Shown in pieces: positions 61,736-64,000 of a stretch of DNA of 64,000 nt. The position numbers and the translations under genes are program-made. This stretch comes from Coprothermobacterota bacterium (GTDB lineage: Bacteria > Coprothermobacterota > HKB111), in contig JBBIIY010000001.1 of the NCBI GenBank assembly GCA_037446255.1, forward strand, positions 74,550-138,549. Direction: 5' to 3'. The notes beneath the pieces were generated by a model. That model was not told the DNA's origin and did not search any database. It worked only from the letters and a program-made list of their open reading frames with translations. Every line of letters begins with the position of its first letter. Position 1 is the stretch's first letter.

Positions 61736-62743
61736 ATGGATACTGATAAAAAACGCCTTTTAACAGGTGATAGACCAACCGGAAGATTGCATCTGGGTAA
61801 TTATTTTGGTTCAATCATAAATAGGGTCAAAATGCAGGATGAGTATGCTTGCTATTTTATGATTGCCGATCTTCACATGCTGACAACCGATTTTGATAGA
61901 ACACAGGACATCAAAGAAAATATTCTAAATATTGCTATTGACTGGATATCCAGCGGTATTAACCCGGAGAAATCTGTATTTTTCATACAGAGTAAGGTGC
62001 CTGCTCATTATTTTATGCAACTGATTTTTTCTATGCTGGTTTCTGTTCCCAGGTTGGAACGAATACCCACCTTGAAAGAAAAAGTAAAGGAATCGCGATT
62101 TTCTGACGAAAGTGCTTATTCTTATGGGTTATTAGGCTATCCCGTCCTGCAAGCTGCAGATATTCTTGCTTATAAGGCTTCCGTAGTTCCTGTTGGTGAA
62201 GATCAGATGTCTCATATTGAGTTGACCCGAGAAATAGCCCGAAGATTTAATTATACTTACGGAGAAGTTTTTCCAGAACCACAAGCAATCCTGAGCGAAA
62301 CCTCTCGCGTTCCAGGTATTGATGGGATAAATGTAAAAATGAGTAAAAGTTTAAACAATGAAATATCATTGTCTCACTCTTTTAAGGAAGTTAACGAGCG
62401 TGTTATGAAAATGGTCACCGATCCTTCCCGGATAAGGTTAACTGACAGAGGACACCCGCAAATTTGCACTGCCTTCTCTTTTTATAATATTCTCAATACT
62501 CCCGAGTTAATTGACCGGGTTAAATATGAATGTGAACATGCCCAAATTGGCTGTGTAGCTTGCAAGGAAAGGTTATCCGGGATGATTAACCGGTTTATTG
62601 AACCTATAAGAGAGAAAAGGTTTGCATTAGAACAAAATCCCTCAGGAGTCTGGGATATATTGCACGAAGGCACTAAAAATGCTATATCCACTTCTAATGA
62701 AACGGTTTCAGAAATGATTTCCAAAATGAATCTTACTTATTAA
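61736..62743 (+). CDS. trpS: Tryptophan--tRNA ligase
   Basis: TGDRPTGRLHLGNYFG (HIGH) and KMSKSLNN (KMSKS). 335 aa. Confidence 0.9.
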   Translation: MDTDKKRLLTGDRPTGRLHLGNYFGSIINRVKMQDEYACYFMIADLHMLTTDFDRTQDIKENILNIAIDWISSGINPEKSVFFIQSKVPAHYFMQLIFSMLVSVPRLERIPTLKEKVKESRFSDESAYSYGLLGYPVLQAADILAYKASVVPVGEDQMSHIELTREIARRFNYTYGEVFPEPQAILSETSRVPGIDGINVKMSKSLNNEISLSHSFKEVNERVMKMVTDPSRIRLTDRGHPQICTAFSFYNILNTPELIDRVKYECEHAQIGCVACKERLSGMINRFIEPIREKRFALEQNPSGVWDILHEGTKNAISTSNETVSEMISKMNLTY

Positions 62744-62762
62744 GTATTTTGTATCTGTAAAT

Positions 62763-62796
62763 AAAAAAAGACCCTCAAGCGAGGGTCTTTTTTTTG
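62763..62796. terminator. Bidirectional rho-independent terminator (A-run, AAGACCCTC-aagc-GAGGGTCTT, T-run) shared by trpS (+) and cspA (-)
   Basis: Perfect 9-bp stem flanked by a 7-8 nt A-run and T-run. Confidence 0.85.
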
Positions 62797-62812
62797 ATTC
62801 ATACACTTCCAG

Positions 62813-63019
62813 TTAAGATTTAAGTCTTTTAACTTGGGTCGCTTGTGGTCCTTTATCTCCCTGAGAAATCTCGAATTCTACAGTATCCCCTGCTTCAAGA
62901 GATTTGAATCCAGATTCATTAATGGCGGAAAAATGGACGAAAACATCCCCTCCTCCATCTTTTTCAATAAAACCATAACCTTTTTGTGCATTAAACCATT
63001 TTACTTTACCAGTTGCCAT
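62813..63019 (-). CDS. cspA: Cold-shock protein (CspA family)
   Basis: [21 protein letters not shown] motifs VFVHFSAI, 68 aa. Confidence 0.95.
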   Translation of the reverse strand: MATGKVKWFNAQKGYGFIEKDGGGDVFVHFSAINESGFKSLEAGDTVEFEISQGDKGPQATQVKRLKS

Positions 63020-63169
63020 AAAAAAAAGCCTCCAAAAATACTTATCGTTTAAACCTGAAAAATTGGCTTAAACATAGGTAATGTTAACCTAATTATGATA
63101 GTTTGTCAATACCTTTGATGTTAATGTATATAATCAGGTAGGGAGAAATTAAATAAATATAGATGATAA

Positions 63170-64000
63170 CTAATAATTTTGCATAGGTATAGAGTTATCT
63201 CGTAAAGTCATTCTTTGAGAACGGGTATTCATTTCGCGGATAACTTCTTCCATATCTATATTTAATATTTTTCCACCCTCTACCACTTTACGGCCATCCA
63301 CAATTACAGTATCTACATCTGCCCGGTCAAGGGAATAAAGTATATTGGCAAAAATGTTGTTCGCAGGTACCATATTTGGGCTATTCTTCTTGATTAACAC
63401 TATATCAGCGATATTACCTTCCTTAATTACACCATAATTGGTTAATCCCAGAACCTTTGCCCCTCCTCCTGAAAGTAAAGGGAAAAGTTCGGAGATTTTA
63501 GCATTACTGGCGTTTCTTTCAGATAATTTAGCAAGTAAAGCCGCATCTCTTGCTGCTTCATAAACATTTATGGTGTTGTTAGAACAAGGCCCATCGCATC
63601 CTAATCCAAGATTAACTTCTTTTTGCATAGCCCTGGGAAGAAAATTATGATTATCTCCAAATTTCATATAAGTTTTAGGGCAGTGGGCGATTCCGCTGCC
63701 TGAGGCTTTAATCAAATCAAAATCAGTGTCTGTAGCATAGTAAGCATGGGCCAAGATAGTTCCTTCCTGTAATACTCCTGTTTTATCCAAAACTTCAACT
63801 GGAGTCATATCTCTTGTTTGTAGGCTTCGTTTTAATTGGTTGTGTTCCTCGGAGACGTGGATATGTAAAGGAATACCAAGCGTTTTTGATATTTCAACAT
63901 TTTTTTTCAGGAACTCATCGGGACAAAGATAGGGAGAGTGCGGTGCAAGAGAAATATCTATCCTTTTCTCCTTACCCAGATACTTATTAGTAAATTCTAA
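63170..64000 (-). CDS. Amidohydrolase (MTA/SAH/guanine-deaminase-like chlorohydrolase family), 3' portion. The gene continues beyond the window end.
   Basis: The frame continues without a stop from 63808 to 64000 (…GIPLHIHVSEEHNQ…, LAPHSPYLCPDEF). The C-terminal half (GLGCDGPCSNNTINVYEAARDAALL) is amidohydrolase-like. Confidence 0.7.
   Translation of the reverse strand, partial: LEFTNKYLGKEKRIDISLAPHSPYLCPDEFLKKNVEISKTLGIPLHIHVSEEHNQLKRSLQTRDMTPVEVLDKTGVLQEGTILAHAYYATDTDFDLIKASGSGIAHCPKTYMKFGDNHNFLPRAMQKEVNLGLGCDGPCSNNTINVYEAARDAALLAKLSERNASNAKISELFPLLSGGGAKVLGLTNYGVIKEGNIADIVLIKKNSPNMVPANNIFANILYSLDRADVDTVIVDGRKVVEGGKILNIDMEEVIREMNTRSQRMTLRDNSIPMQNY

Overview
This is a densely coding, AT-rich (roughly 35-40% GC by eye) bacterial chromosomal window. 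Nearly all of it can be assigned from protein motifs visible in the six-frame translations. From 1 to about 23 kb it is mostly + strand housekeeping: a YprB-like exonuclease, solitary hutU, lemA-htpX, ychF, a GNAT gene, asnS, tRNA-Gln, a YkgJ-like Cys-cluster protein, glmU-prs-pth-mfd, ileS, surE, obg, nadD, rsfS, an unannotated RNase P RNA (rnpB), metG, tatD, a ferredoxin and a Nudix-like gene. From 23 to 47 kb the content looks more accessory: a SAM methyltransferase, a DUF4388/AbrB-like protein, and two divergently oriented paralogous peptide ABC transporter loci. The binding proteins of both loci carry N-terminal SLH cell-wall-anchoring domains, the loci flank an IS481-family transposase N-terminal relic, and only the + copy has ATPase genes. 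These are followed by a CE4 deacetylase, groESL with no CIRCE operator, MarR-MATE, a thiolase/CoA-transferase (ato-like) operon, queT plus an archaeal-type PF04008 'adenosine-specific kinase', and feoAB. From 47 to 64 kb there is an HD/M23/tdk/prfA/prmC/trxB cluster, then a PP2C phosphatase and a Ser/Thr kinase with an unusual PEGA + beta-propeller C-terminus and no TM or PASTA segment. After these come a deaminase-first MTA/5'-deoxyadenosine salvage cluster (mtaD-mtnP-mtnA), nagA, an EamA transporter, an archaeal-type cupin phosphoglucose isomerase fused into an operon with trpS, cspA, and a second amidohydrolase that runs off the window end. No CRISPR array, intact mobile element or recognisable defence or toxin system is visible. 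The most unusual items are the SLH-anchored duplicated Opp-like systems with their IS relic, the cytoplasmic PEGA-propeller kinase, the DUF4388-AbrB fusion, the type-A-looking rnpB overlapping the rsfS stop, and a probable CTG start for rsfS.
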